From an uncultured delta proteobacterium (GTDB lineage: Bacteria > Myxococcota > Myxococcia > Myxococcales > Anaeromyxobacteraceae), in the NCBI GenBank assembly GCA_963766715.1, contig CAVYBH010000013.1, positions 96,001-160,000 on the forward strand: a stretch of 64,000 bases of DNA. Reading direction: 5' to 3'. Positions within the stretch are counted from its first letter, which is position 1. Each line of letters opens with the position of its first letter. This document shows positions 10,844 to 22,394 of the stretch, piece by piece. The translations under genes were made by a program, and so were the position numbers. The notes under the pieces are model-generated. The model worked only from the letters and a program-made list of their open reading frames with translations. It ran no database searches and was not told the DNA's origin.

Positions 10844-12505
10844 TCAGGGAAAGGGTTCTTGCGGTGCCGGAGGGGGGGCGCTCTTCTGGGCCGAGAGCTG
10901 GACGGTGCCCACGTCGACGGTCGCGCCGGCCGCCACCGACACCTTGAGCTCGGCGAGGGGCGGCTCGGTCGAGCCATGCGGCGCCATCCGCCGGAAGGCG
11001 AGGGTCCAGGTCCCGGAAGGCAGGCGCAGCTCGAAGGCCCCGTCGGCGGCGACCGGGACCGACCGGTGCGCCCGGGGGACGCTCACCGCCGCGCTGGCCG
11101 GGGGACGGACGCCGTCGAGGACGCGCCCCCGGACGAGCCCCTCCCCCACCGGCGCGTCGCGGGGGGAGGACGGGAGCGGCCAGCGGACCAGCCTGACCTC
11201 GGCCAGGTCGGACTGCATCTGGACGACCGACCCGTCCGGCGCGAGGGCGAACTCGCGGAAGAGCCAGCGCCGGTCGCCGGGCGGGACGGCCACCGACCCG
11301 GCGATCTGGCCCTGTGGCGTGAGCGAGAGCAGGAGCACCTCGGCCCGCGCCGCCTCGTCGTCGGCCCCGTCGTGCCGGTCGATCGCCAGCACCACGTCGC
11401 CGCGCCGGTTCACGCCGATCAGGCGGACCCGGGAGATGGGGATCGCCGAGCGGAGGTTCACGGTACGTCTCACCCGGCCGTCCGCGGCGACGAACTTCAC
11501 CAGCGCCGACCAGCGCCCGGGACGATCGACCTGGACGTAGACGTCGCCGGCGGGCAGCCCTGGCTTCGGCCCCTCGGCCCGGATCCCGCTCCAGCCCAGC
11601 TCGGCCCGGACCGACTGGCCGTTCAGCATGAGGAAGGTGGGGCGTCCCTTGCCGGCGAGGATCTGGTCGATTCCCTTGAACGACGGCGGCAGCGCGCCGG
11701 AGAGGAGCACCTGTCCCGCGGGGTCGTACTGGGTGAGCGCCGGGCTCTGCCCCTCGGAGACGACGAAGATGTTCCCTTCCTCGGAGATGGCGATGTCCGA
11801 CTCGAAGACCGGCTCGGCGCCGGGGCGCCCGATCGGGAAGGACCCGAGGTACCGCCCCCGCGCGTCGAAGCGCTGGACCCGGGCGTTCAGCACGTCGAGG
11901 ACGAGGAGTCCTCCGGTGGCCGACACCGCGAAGCTCGGAGGACCGAGCGCGTCCTCGTCCTCGCGGGCGGGGTTTCCCTGGAGCCCGAACTGCCCAGGAC
12001 CCGGGCCCGGCGACCCGCGGACCAGGACGGCCTCGTGGGCCGGTACCCCCGTCGAGACCGACGAGCCGGGCAGGTCGACGGCGGGGAGGTCGGGCGCGGC
12101 GGCGACCGTGGGCTCGATCCCCCCGGTCATGGCGGCCGAGGCGGCGTCGGGAACGCACAGCGCCGGACGCTCGTCGGCCCAGACCTCGACGATGCCCAGG
12201 TCGGAGAGCTTCCCGGCCGTGACCGCCACGTCGTCCACGCGCTGGTCCGGGACCAGGCTCGGTCCGCGAATGACGAGCGAGTAGCTCCCCGGCGGCAGGT
12301 CGATGAGGAAGCGCCCTCCGGTGTCGCTCGTCGCCTTGCGCTCCCGGCCGATGACCGTGACCGTGGCGGCCGGCACCCCGGTCAGGCACCCCTTGTAGCG
12401 GAGGATGCCGGTGACCGTTCCCTGGCCGCGGGGCATGGCCCCTCCCCCGCCGGGGATGGCGAGGGCGGCGAGGAGCACGAGCGGAAGGATTCGACGGCGC
12501 ATCAC
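10844..12505 (-). CDS. Exported protein with carboxypeptidase-regulatory-like domains flanking an NHL/beta-propeller-like core
   Basis: Signal peptide; GVPAATVTV...TSDTGGRFLIDLPPGSYSL; GPPSFAVSATGGLLVLDVLNARVQRFD; second VAADGAFELRLPSGTWTL repeat. Confidence 0.7.
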   Translation of the reverse strand: MMRRRILPLVLLAALAIPGGGGAMPRGQGTVTGILRYKGCLTGVPAATVTVIGRERKATSDTGGRFLIDLPPGSYSLVIRGPSLVPDQRVDDVAVTAGKLSDLGIVEVWADERPALCVPDAASAAMTGGIEPTVAAAPDLPAVDLPGSSVSTGVPAHEAVLVRGSPGPGPGQFGLQGNPAREDEDALGPPSFAVSATGGLLVLDVLNARVQRFDARGRYLGSFPIGRPGAEPVFESDIAISEEGNIFVVSEGQSPALTQYDPAGQVLLSGALPPSFKGIDQILAGKGRPTFLMLNGQSVRAELGWSGIRAEGPKPGLPAGDVYVQVDRPGRWSALVKFVAADGRVRRTVNLRSAIPISRVRLIGVNRRGDVVLAIDRHDGADDEAARAEVLLLSLTPQGQIAGSVAVPPGDRRWLFREFALAPDGSVVQMQSDLAEVRLVRWPLPSSPRDAPVGEGLVRGRVLDGVRPPASAAVSVPRAHRSVPVAADGAFELRLPSGTWTLAFRRMAPHGSTEPPLAELKVSVAAGATVDVGTVQLSAQKSAPPPAPQEPFP

Positions 12506-12546
12506 GGGTGCAGCATCCTATACCGCGGCGCCTCCGGGCGATCGGC

Positions 12547-13978
12547 TCAGCTTCGGCCGGGCCGGGTGAGCCGGGCCGGGTCGAGCAGCCGTCGAGCCTC
12601 CCGGGCCGGGATCCCCGCCCGCTCCGAGGCCAGCTCCACGATGGATCGGCCGCTCCGGACCGACTCCTTCACGATCTCCGCGGCGGCGGCGTACCCGATT
12701 CGCGGCGCCAGCGCCGTGGCCAGGCTCACCGTCCGGTCGGCGTAGAAGCGCGCCCGCTCCCGGTCGGCCTCGAGCCCCCGGGCGAGCTTCTCGTCGAAGG
12801 CCCGGACCCCGTTCGCGAGGATCTCAATCTGGTGGAGCAGGTCCCAGGCCACGAGCGGCATCATCACGTTCAGCTCCAGCTGACCCGCAGCCGTCGCCCA
12901 GGCGATGGCCTCGTCGAGCCCGATGACCTGGTGGCTCACCATGGCGAGCATCTCCGCCATCGAGGGATTCACCTTGCCGGGCATGATCGAGGACCCGGGC
13001 TGCACCGCCGGGAGGCGCAGCTCGCCGAGCCCGGTGGCCGGCCCGGAGGCGAGCAGGCGGATGTCGCCGCCGATCCGGGCGAGCTCGAGCGCGGCCACCC
13101 GCATCGCGCCCGAGAGGGCCGCGAACGGGGCGAGGGACTGCATGGCGTAGAACGGGTTGGGCGCGGGGAAGAGGGGCACCCCGGCGATCCGCGAGAGCTC
13201 CTTCACCACCATCACCCGGTAGCGGGGGTGGGCGTTCACGCCGGTGCCGACGGCCGTCCCGCCGATCCCCAGCGCCGCCAGCTCGGGCAAGCGCGTCGTT
13301 CACCCGGGCCGCAGCGGCGGAGAGCGCGGCCGACCACCCGGAGACCTCCTGGCCGAGCCGGACGGGGGTGGCGTCCATGAGGTGGGTCCGGCCCGACTTC
13401 ACGATCCCGTCCCAGGCCCGGGCCTTCCGGGCGAAGGTGGCGGCCAGGGCGTCGAGCGCCTCCACGACCCGGGGGGCCGTCGCCAGCGCGGCCAGACGGA
13501 TGGCGGTGGGGATGACGTCGTTCGTCGACTGCGCCAGGTTCACGTCGTCGTTCGGATCGACCGAGCGGTCGCCGCGGCGCCCTCCGAGGATCTCGGCCGC
13601 CCGGTTGGCGAGCACCTCGTTCACGTTCATGTGGAAGGAGGTCCCGGCGCCCGCCTGGTAGGCGTCGACCACGAACTGCCCGTCCCACTGGCCGGCGAGG
13701 ACCTCGCGGCACGCCTTCTCGATGGCGCGGGCCTTGTTCCGGGGAAGGAGCCCGAGCCTCGCGTTCACCCGGGCCGCTGCGAGCTTGATGCGGACCACCG
13801 CGTCCACGAGCGCCCGCGGCTCTCGCAGCGTGGAGATGGGGAAGTTCTCGACCGCGCGCGCCGTCTGGGCGCCCCACAGCGCGCTCGCCGGCACGCGCAC
13901 CTCGCCCATCGTGTCCCGCTCCAGGCGGGTTCGGGGGGCCTTCGGGGCGCCTCTTCCGGTCCTTCGCTGGGTGGCCAT
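12547..13978 (-). CDS. fumC: Class II fumarate hydratase / aspartate ammonia-lyase (frameshift ~13290)
   Basis: ERDTMGEV, WGAQTARAVENF, KSGRTHLMDATP, signature GSSIMPGKVNP; aspA not excluded. Confidence 0.85.
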
Positions 13979-13998
13979 GTCTCTCTCCTCGTCGGGGG

Positions 13999-14673
13999 TC
14001 AGCGGGTCAGGCGGTCGCGAAGCCGCCGGAACGCCAGCTCGGACTTGGCGTCCTCCATCTCGCCGGAGCCGGCCGCGGCGATGGCCTCGTCGAGCCCGCG
14101 CCAGACCAGCACCGCCCCTTCCTCCAGGGGCGAGCCGTCTCCCTCCAGCGGCGCGTCGAAGGAGCCGGACTCCGTTCCGCGGGGGATCTCCGCGGCGAGC
14201 AGGTGGATCTTCTCCGAGATGATCCCCGGCAGCATGTAGAACGGCGCGCCCAGCGGCTCGAGCCGGGACGGATCGACCTCCACGCCCGCCTCTTCCCTCG
14301 CCTCCTCCACGGCCCGGCGCCGGAGCGCCTCCATCCCGTGCTCCCCGGGCTCGAGCAGCCCCGCGACGATCTCCTCGAAGAGCAGCGGCTCCGCCTCCGG
14401 GAGGGCCCGGGACCTGCCGCGCCGGAAGTGGACCGCCGGGCGGAGCTGCCTGCGGAGCAGCACCTCGATGCCGCGCGGCGTCCGGGCCCAGAGGCACACC
14501 GCCACCGCGTCGAGCGACGGCCGGTCGAGGACGTCGATGCGATAGACGGCGGAGAGCGAGCCATCCGCCCGCCGGTTCCGGGCGCGGTAGCGGCGCACGT
14601 GGAGGAATCCCTCGTCGCATCGGGACGTGGCGGTCCGGTCCTCGACAATCTCGATGGCGTCCAGTCGCGGCAT
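13999..14673 (-). CDS. NUDIX hydrolase (ADP-ribose pyrophosphatase-like)
   Basis: Nudix box AGLLEPGE...[20 protein letters not shown]-terminal motif. Confidence 0.8.
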   Translation of the reverse strand: MPRLDAIEIVEDRTATSRCDEGFLHVRRYRARNRRADGSLSAVYRIDVLDRPSLDAVAVCLWARTPRGIEVLLRRQLRPAVHFRRGRSRALPEAEPLLFEEIVAGLLEPGEHGMEALRRRAVEEAREEAGVEVDPSRLEPLGAPFYMLPGIISEKIHLLAAEIPRGTESGSFDAPLEGDGSPLEEGAVLVWRGLDEAIAAAGSGEMEDAKSELAFRRLRDRLTR

Positions 14674-14774
14674 CCCTGGCTGATACGCGAGGGGCAGGTC
14701 CCCGGCAAGGGGCACCACGGGGCCCGTTCCCGGGGCGACTTGCCTCCTCCCGCTCCTGCGTTAGCCTCTCCGGG

Positions 14775-15209
14775 ATGAGAGCCCACCTCTGCGCCCGCTG
14801 CGGCGCGCTGAACCGCCTTGGCCCGAGCCCCGCCGGGGCCGCCCCGGTCTGCGGAAAGTGCAAGGCCGACCTGGACGTCTCGGGCGAGCCGCGTCCCGCG
14901 ACCTCCGCCCAGCTCGACTCCGCCGTCCGCAACTCGCCGGTCCCCGTCCTGGTCGACTTCTGGGCCCCCTGGTGCGGGCCGTGCCGCACCGCCGCGCCCA
15001 TCTTCGCCGAGCTGGGGCGCCGCAAGGCCGGCGACCTGCTGGTCCTCAAGGTGAACTCCGACGACGAGCAGGAGGCCTCGTCCCGCCTCGGCATCCGGGC
15101 CATCCCGACCTTCGTCCTCTTCGCCGGCGGCCAGGGAATCGCGCGCCACAGCGGCGTCATGCCCGCCGGGGAGATGGAGCGCTGGGTGGACGGCCACACC
15201 CGGACCTGA
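14775..15209 (+). CDS. trxC: Thioredoxin 2 with N-terminal zinc finger
   Basis: CARCGALNR...CGKC zinc motif plus [10 protein letters not shown]. Confidence 0.9.
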   Translation: MRAHLCARCGALNRLGPSPAGAAPVCGKCKADLDVSGEPRPATSAQLDSAVRNSPVPVLVDFWAPWCGPCRTAAPIFAELGRRKAGDLLVLKVNSDDEQEASSRLGIRAIPTFVLFAGGQGIARHSGVMPAGEMERWVDGHTRT

Positions 15210-15237
15210 CGGCCGGGACCTCGGGCCCGGAACGCGA

Positions 15238-15270
15238 GACGGGCCGCCCCCTCCTCGGGAACGGCCCGTC
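15238..15270. terminator. Hairpin between the convergent trxC and acnB genes
   Basis: GACGGGCCG...CGGCCCGTC inverted repeat. Confidence 0.55.
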
Positions 15271-15292
15271 CACGACGCCGCCGGCTCGCCGA

Positions 15293-17873
15293 TCAGGCGA
15301 CGACGCGCAGCGACTTCTTGTCGGCCGTCTGGTACTCGGCCAGCTCGTCGAACTGGAGGTACCGGTAGACCTTGTCGAAGCGAGGCGCAATCTTCTCGTT
15401 GTAGGCCGCGAAGTACTCTTCCTTGGTGGGCAGCCGCCCCAGGTTGGCCGAGACGGCGCCCAGCTCGGCCGAGCCCAGGAACACCTTGGCCCCGTCGCCC
15501 ATCCGGTCGTCGAAGTTGCGGGTCGACGTGGAGAAGACGGTGGTCTGGCCCGGGACGCGGGCCTGGTTGCCCATGCAGAGCGAGCAGCCCGCGGTCTCGA
15601 TGCGGGCGCCGATCTGGCTGAACACGGTGAAGTAGGCCTCGTCGCGCAGCTCCTGCTGATCCATCCGCGTGGGCGGGCAAATCCAGGTGCGGACGGCCGG
15701 GTTGAACTTCTGCCCCTTCCAGAATCTCGCCGGCGGCGCGGAAGTGGCCGATGTTGGTCATGCACGACCCGAGGAACACGTCGTCGATCTTGGTGTTGGC
15801 GACGTCGGTGAGCACCTTCACGTCGTCCGGATCGTTCGGGCAGGCCAGGATCGGCTCGGTGATCTCGGCCAGGTCGATCTCGATGACCGCGGCGTACTCG
15901 GCGTTCTTGTCGGCCGCGAGCAGCTCCGGCTTCTTCAGCCACTTCTCGGCGGCGGCGATGCGCCCCTGGAGCGTCTTGGCGTCCTGGTAGCCGGTGGCGA
16001 TCATCTTCTTCATGAGCGCCACGTTGGACCGCAGGTAGGCGGCGACGGTCTTCTCGGAGAGCTTGACGGCGGCGGCGGCGGCGCTGCGCTCGGCGGCGGC
16101 GTCGGTGAGCTCGAAGGCCTGCTCGACGGTGAGATCGGGCAGCCCCTCCATCTCGAGGATGCGGCCGTTGAAGACGTTCTTCTTCCCCTTCTTGGGCACG
16201 GTGAGCAGCCCCATCTGGATGGCCTTGAAGGGGATGGCGTTCACCACGTCACGGAGCGTGATCCCCGGCTTGAGCTTGCCCTTGAACCGGACGAGCACGC
16301 TCTCCGGCATGTCGAGGGGCATGAAGCCCAGCGCGCCGGCGAAGGCCACCAGGCCGGAACCGGCCGGGAAGCTGATGCCGATGGGGAAGCGGGTGTGGCT
16401 GTCGCCGCCGGTCCCGACGGTGTCGGGGAGGAGCAGGCGGTTGAGCCAGGAGTGGATGACGCCGTCGCCCGGACGGAGCGACACGCCGCCGCGCTCGACG
16501 ACGAAGTTGGGCAGCGTCTTGTGCATCTTCACGTCGGCCGCCTTGGGGTAGGCCGCCGTGTGGCAGAAGGACTGCATGAACATCGGGGCCTGGAACTTGA
16601 GGCAGGCGAGCTCCTTCAGCTCGTCGGCCGTCATCGGTCCCGTCGTGTCCTGGCTGCCCACGGTGGTCATGCGGGGCTCGACGTACCAGCCCGGCAGGGC
16701 GCCCGGGATGCCGCAGGCCTTGCCGACCATCTTCTGGGCCAGCGTGTAGCCCTGGCCCTTCTTCGGCTCGGGGTTCTTCTTCACCGTGAAGACGGTCGTG
16801 GTCCCCTTCTTCAGGGCCTTGCGGGCCTTGTCGGTGACCGAGCGGCCGATGATGAGGGGGATCCGGCCGCCGGCGCGGTATTCGTCGCCGAGGTTCTCCG
16901 GCTTGAGCCCGAAGGTGGTGAGCACCTCGCCCGAGTCGGCGCGGATCTCCCCCTTCTTGAAGTCGATGGTCACGACGTCGCCCGTCTTCAGCTTCGAGAC
17001 GTCGGCCTTGATGGGCAGCGCGCCCGAGTCCTCGGCGGTGTTGAAGAAGATCGGGGCGATGACGCCGCCGATGATCACCCCGCCGCGCCGCTTGTTGGGG
17101 ACGTAGGGGATGTCCTCGCCGATGGCCCAGAGGACCGAGTTGATGGCGGACTTGCGCGAGGAGCCGGTGCCGACCACGTCGCCGACGAAGGCCACCTGGA
17201 AGCCGTCCTTGCGGTACTCGGCGATGGTCTTCAGGCCCGTGGGGAAGCGGGTCTTGCCCATGGCGAGCGCGTGGAGCGGGATGTCGGGACGGGTCGACGC
17301 GTCCCCGGCGGGGGAGAAGTCGTCGGTGTTGATCTCGCCGTCCACCTTGAAGACCTTGACCTTCACGGAGTCGGGGATGCCGGCCTTGCGGGTGAACCAC
17401 TCGGCGGCGGCCCACGACTCGAGCACCTGCTTCGCGGCCGCGTTCTTGGCCTTGGCGAGCGCCGCGACGTCGTCGAAGGAGTCGTAGACGTAGGTGAGGC
17501 CGGAGAGCGCCTTGGCGGCGTCGTCGGCCAGCGCCTTGTTCTTCAGGGCGGCGACGAGGGGGGGCATGTTGTAGCCGCCGCCCATGGTGCCGAGCATGAA
17601 GACGGCGTCCTTCTTGGTGATGATGGGCGACTTCTTCTTGCCGGACGCCACCTCGCCGAGGAAGGCCGCCTTGACCTCGGCGGCGGGATCCACGCCGGGC
17701 GAGACCCGGTCGCGGAGCAGCTCGAGGAGGAAGGCCTCCTGCCCCTTGGGCGGCTTCTGGAGGAGCTTCACGACCTCGCGGGTCTGCTCGGGGTCGAGCT
17801 GCCGGGGAGGAATGCCCTGCCCCTTCCGCTCCTCCACGTGCTTCAGGTACGCGTCAATCACGGGATTGCTCAC
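15293..17873 (-). CDS. acnB: Aconitate hydratase B (frameshift ~15720)
   Basis: [60 protein letters not shown]. Confidence 0.95.
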
Positions 17874-17947
17874 GCGGCGTCTCCTTTTGCGATGATTTGG
17901 CCCCGGGAGCGGCGCGCTCGGCGCGACGCCCGGCGGCAGGGGGTCCG

Positions 17948-17976
17948 CTTATACCCCACCCCCGCCCCGCTGTCAG
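17948..17976 (-). promoter_or_regulatory. Sigma70 promoter of acnB
   Basis: CTGACA-17 nt-TATAAG on the minus strand. Confidence 0.55.
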
Positions 17977-19983
17977 CCGCGACGGAGGTCCACCCGGTTG
18001 TCGTAAAAGGTGCTTCCGGCGCCCTCGTCGGTGAGCCGCTGGGAGGTCAGGGAGTTCACCGTTCGTCCGCCCCGGACGTGGGAGAGCCACGGGACGCCCT
18101 CGGCCACCACCACCCCCCGCGGCGTGCGGTCGGTGACGCGGAGCTCGAAGGTCACCGCCCCCAGGCCGTTCCAGGCCACCACCTCGTCCGGCCCCGTCGA
18201 GACCTCGCTCCGCCGCGTCGGCGGGATTCACCAGGAGTCCCGGGTGCCCCTCCCTGCGCCTCAGGTCGGGGCGCTCCCGGAAGGAGGAGTTGAGACCCCA
18301 CACCGAGGCGCCGGTGACGAGCCGGAAGGGCAGCTCCCCGTCCTCCTCGTGGCTGGGGATCCAGCGAGGCAGCGGGTGCCGCTGCCGCGGGTTCTCGAAT
18401 CTCAATCTTCCCGGACGGCGTGCGGATGGGCCGGGCCGCCGGGCGGCGGCAGCTCCAGCTCCACGCCTCGCCCCTCGGCGACGGCGCGCTCGTCAATCCC
18501 CTCCCGGAGCGGGGCCGGCCTGGCCAGCAGGGCGTCGACGAGCTGCCGGGACGTCTGCCGGAAGAACGGGTGATCGAGACCCATCGCGGACGCCAGGCGC
18601 CGGAAGAGATCCCAGTTCGACCACGACTGCCCCACCGGCGGGATGGCCGGCTCGGTGCGCTGGATGCAGTACTGGCCGTAGGAGCAATAGAGGTCGTCGT
18701 GCTCGAGGGCGGTGGTGGCCGGGAGCACCAGGTCGGCGTAGCGCGCGGTGTCGGTGAGGTAGCGCTCGTGGACCACCGTGAAGAGATCCTCGCGCGCGAG
18801 CCCTCGCAGGACCGCCTCCTGGTCGGGCGTCACCGCCGCCGGGTTCGCGGCGTAGACCACCATCGCCATGACCCGCGGCTGCGTCGAGCTCGTTGAGCGC
18901 GTGGCCGAGCCGGTTCATGTTGACCAGCCGGGTGGGGCGCGGCTGGAGGTCCTCCCGGGTGACGATCGACGCGTCGAAGGCCTGGCTCCCGCTCGTGGAG
19001 GTGAGGAGCCCGCCGCCCGGCCTCGACCAGGCGCCGACGATGGCCGGGAGACAGGTGATGCAGCGGACGTTCATCGAGCCGTTGCCGTAGCGGGAGAGCC
19101 CGCTCCCCAGCCGGATGAAGGGCGCCCGCGCGGCCCCGTAGCGGCGCGCCATCTCCTCCACCGTGGCCGGGTCGAGGCCGGTCTTCCCGGCGGTCCAGGC
19201 GGGGGTGCAGGCGGGAAGCACCTCGTCGCGGAAGCGCTCCCAGCCCTGGACCCGCTCCCGGAGGAAGGCGAGGTCGGCGAGACCGTCGCGGGCGAGGACG
19301 TGGGCCATCCCGAGCGCGAGCGCCCCGTCGCTCCCCGGGCGGACGAGGAAGACGCGATCGGCCAGGTCGGCGGTCGGCGTCCGGTAGGTCTCGACCACCC
19401 AGATCTCGGCCCCCCGGCGGCGCGCCTCCTTCGCTCGCTGGGCGAAGTGCACGCTCGTCGCGACCGCGTTGATGCTCCAGAGGACGGCCAGATCGGCCTG
19501 CAGGACCTCGTCGGGGTGGGGCGCGAGGGTCTCCCCCATCACCGCCTTCCAGCCCGCGCCCTTCGCCGGGGAGCAGATGGTGCGGTCGAGCCGCGAGGCG
19601 CCGAGGGCGTGGAAGAAGGCGTGCCCCGCGTTGCGCTGGACGAGCCCCATCGTCCCGGCGTACGAGTACGGGAGGATGGCCTCGGGCCCGTGGACCGCGG
19701 CGACCTCCTTCAGCCGGGAGGCGATCCGGGGCAGGGCCTCGTCCCAGGAGATGGGGCGGAAGGCCCCCGCCCCCTTCGGCCCGATCCGCTCGAGCGGCGT
19801 GGTGAGGCGTCCCTCCGCGTAGACGCTCCGCTCGTAGTTGTTCACCTTCGGGCAGAGGCTGCCCTGGCTGTAGGGATGGTCGGGATCGCCCCTCACCCGG
19901 GTCGCGCGCCCACCCTCCACGTCGACGAGCAGGCCACAGGCGTCGGGACAATCGAACGGGCAGGTGGAACGGACGGTCCGCAT
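17973..19983 (-). CDS. Molybdopterin-dependent oxidoreductase (several apparent frameshifts between ~18185 and ~18880)
   Basis: STCPFDCPDACG...GSLCPK 4Fe-4S motif, PYSYAGTMG, TDTARYADLVLPATT, C-terminal dinucleotide-binding domain (STFYDNRV). Confidence 0.88.
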
Positions 19984-20008
19984 CGCGGGCATGGTACACC
20001 TGACCGCG

Positions 20009-20983
20009 ATGCGCGCGCTCGTCACCGGGGCCAATGGATTCCTGGGAACGTGGCTCACCCGGCGGCTCGTCGGGAGCGGCCACGAGGTGCGGGTCCTGCT
20101 CCGCGCCGGGAGCTCCGGCGCCGCCCTGTCCGGCCTCGCCGTCGAGGAGGTCCGCGGGGACGTCACCGACCCCTCCAGCCTTCCGGCGGCGGTCCGGGAT
20201 CGCGACGTGGTCTTCCACCTGGCCGGCATCCGCCGCGCGCCGCGCCGGGAGGATTTCCTCCGGGTGAATGCCGGCGGCACGGGGAACCTGCTCGAGGCCT
20301 GCGCCGCGCACGCACCCGGGCTCGGCCGCTTCGTCCTGGCAGGCTCGCTCGCCGCCTCGGGCCCCTCGGCCACGGGCCGGCGCGAGGAGGAGGCCTTCCA
20401 GCCCCGCGAGTGGTACGGCGAGTCGAAGGCCGAGGCGGAGCGCCTCGCCCTCTCCTTCTCGGGGCGCCTGCCGGTGACGGTGGCCCGTCCGCCGCGGATC
20501 ACGGGGCCCGGGGACAAGGAGAACCTGTTCTTCTTCCGGATCGTCTCGCGCGGCGTCGTGGTGGGCTTTCCCGGGGAGCCCCGTCCGCTCTCCTTCGTCG
20601 ACGTGGAGGACTGCGCCCGCGGCATGGAATTGCTCGCCACGCACGCCGGGGCCGCCGGAGAATCCTTCTTCCTGGCGTCCCCGGAGCGCACCAGCATCGA
20701 GGGGCTGCAGCAGGAGGTGGCGCGGGCCCTCGGCGTCCGGGCCCGGGTGCTGCGCATTCCCCCGCCGCTCCTCCGTGGCGCCGGATCGCTCGCCGACGTG
20801 GCCAGCCGGGTCCTGGGCCGCCACCTGCCCCTCAACCGCAAGCTCGCCGAGCAGGTCCTCGCGCCGGGCTGGGTCTGCGACACCGGGAAGGCGCGCCGCG
20901 TCCTCGGTTTCGAGGCGCGGGTCACGCTGGCGGAGTCGATCCAGCGGTCGGCGGACTGGTACCGGGCCGCGGGGTGGATCTAG
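20009..20983 (+). CDS. NAD-dependent epimerase/dehydratase
   Basis: MRALVTGANGFLG, VFHLAG, YGESK (YxxxK). Confidence 0.9.
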   Translation: MRALVTGANGFLGTWLTRRLVGSGHEVRVLLRAGSSGAALSGLAVEEVRGDVTDPSSLPAAVRDRDVVFHLAGIRRAPRREDFLRVNAGGTGNLLEACAAHAPGLGRFVLAGSLAASGPSATGRREEEAFQPREWYGESKAEAERLALSFSGRLPVTVARPPRITGPGDKENLFFFRIVSRGVVVGFPGEPRPLSFVDVEDCARGMELLATHAGAAGESFFLASPERTSIEGLQQEVARALGVRARVLRIPPPLLRGAGSLADVASRVLGRHLPLNRKLAEQVLAPGWVCDTGKARRVLGFEARVTLAESIQRSADWYRAAGWI

Positions 20984-20984
20984 C

Positions 20985-21297
20985 TCACATCGTCCCGCCC
21001 GACACGTCCCGGAGCTTCCGGACGGCGTGGACGTCGCAGCGCTCCCCGCAGGCCGGGCAGACCACGAAGGTCATCTCCTTCACGACGAGCACGTCCTCGT
21101 GGGACCCGGCGGGCGCGATCTCCGCGCCGCAGTCCGGGCACTCGAGCGCGTCCACCGGCCCGGGACGGGCCAGGACGAGGGACCGCCGCCGCCCCGGGCG
21201 GGCAGCGGCGGCACTCGATCCCGTAGATCCAGCCGGTCTCCCGCCGCGGCGGAAGCGCGTCGAGGTCGGCCCCGCAGTACTGGCACTCGTCGGCCAT
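20985..21297 (-). CDS. Small zinc-ribbon protein with four CxxC motifs (frameshift ~21195)
   Basis: CQYC, CRRC, CPDC and CPAC when the two frames are joined. Confidence 0.6.
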
Positions 21298-21307
21298 CCG
21301 GCTCCGG

Positions 21308-21760
21308 CTAGTTGGCTCCGGGGGGCGGAAGGGACTTGAGGTAGGAAACGACCGCCGTCGCGTCCTCCCGGCTCATCCGGTAGGCCGGCATGGGCGGCTC
21401 CGGGGCATCCCCGTGGGGATCCTTGCCGGTCATGAGCAGGTTCACGGCCTGCTCCGCCGACCATCCCGGGAGCCCGGCGAGGGGCGGCGCAAGCTCCGCC
21501 CACCTGGGCATCGGCACGATGTTCTTGAAGTCGAGCGGCGCCCCGTGGAGCCACTTCGCGCGGATGAACTGCCCCTGCTGGTCCCGCGGCGAATGGCAGT
21601 CGACGCACATGGCGACCTGCTCGACCAGGTACTTCCCGCGGGCGATCTGCGCGGGCGAGCTCCCGGTCTTCGGTGAGCCCTTGGCGGCCGGCTCGGCGGC
21701 AAGGGCCGAGGCGGCGACCAGGGCAAGGGCGGTGGTGACGACGATGGCGGTCCGGTTCAT
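21308..21760 (-). CDS. Monoheme cytochrome c, exported
   Basis: Signal peptide, IARGKYLV, CVDCH heme motif, distal PPMPAY. Confidence 0.88.
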   Translation of the reverse strand: MNRTAIVVTTALALVAASALAAEPAAKGSPKTGSSPAQIARGKYLVEQVAMCVDCHSPRDQQGQFIRAKWLHGAPLDFKNIVPMPRWAELAPPLAGLPGWSAEQAVNLLMTGKDPHGDAPEPPMPAYRMSREDATAVVSYLKSLPPPGAN

Positions 21761-21842
21761 GGCAGCTCCCTGAGGGGGTGAAAGAAAACCTCCTTGACGT
21801 AGACCGGACGAATCCATTTCACAGAACCCATTCGGGCTCCCT

Positions 21843-22394
21843 CTATCGCGCCAGCACCTCGGCCAGCATCTTCCTCGCCGCGTGAAGGCGAGACCAGACC
21901 GTGCCTTCCGGGATGCCCAGGACGTCGGCGATCTCCCGGTGCGAGAGCCCCTCCACCGCGAACAGGGCGAGCACGGCGCGCGGCCCAGCGGGCAGGCGGC
22001 CCACCGCCTCTCCGATGCGACGCGCCTCGTCCCGGGAGGCCATCTCGCCCTCGCCCCCGCCGCCGGGAGTCTCGGGGTCGAGCGGCTGCCCCTCGCGCCG
22101 CCGGGCCCGGGTCCGGAAGGCCGCCCGGAGCGCGATGCGGTAGACCCAGGTCGTGAGCCGGGACGCGCCGCGGAATCCGGGCAATCCCTGGTGCACGGCC
22201 ACGAAGACCTCCTGCACCGCGTCCTCCGCGTCGGCGCGGCGCCCGGTGAGGTGGAGGCACAGGGCGTGGAGCGGCTCCCGGAGCTCGCGGAAGACCCGTT
22301 CCGTGGCCTGCCTGCGCGCGGCTCCGCCGGCCCTCACTCCCGCGAGGATCTCCGCCTCGGTGGCGGGCGAGAGGTCGGCGAGGCGGATCGTCAC
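21843..22394 (-). CDS. ECF RNA polymerase sigma factor
   Basis: DAEDAVQEVF, FRGASRLTTWVYRIA, LSHREIADVLGIPEGTVWSRLHAAR. Confidence 0.9.
   Translation of the reverse strand: MTIRLADLSPATEAEILAGVRAGGAARRQATERVFRELREPLHALCLHLTGRRADAEDAVQEVFVAVHQGLPGFRGASRLTTWVYRIALRAAFRTRARRREGQPLDPETPGGGGEGEMASRDEARRIGEAVGRLPAGPRAVLALFAVEGLSHREIADVLGIPEGTVWSRLHAARKMLAEVLAR

Noticed and set aside
17973..19983. Selenocysteine or stop-codon readthrough in the molybdopterin oxidoreductase
   Set aside because: The interruptions are frame changes, not an in-frame TGA at a catalytic position; no SECIS-like hairpin recognised
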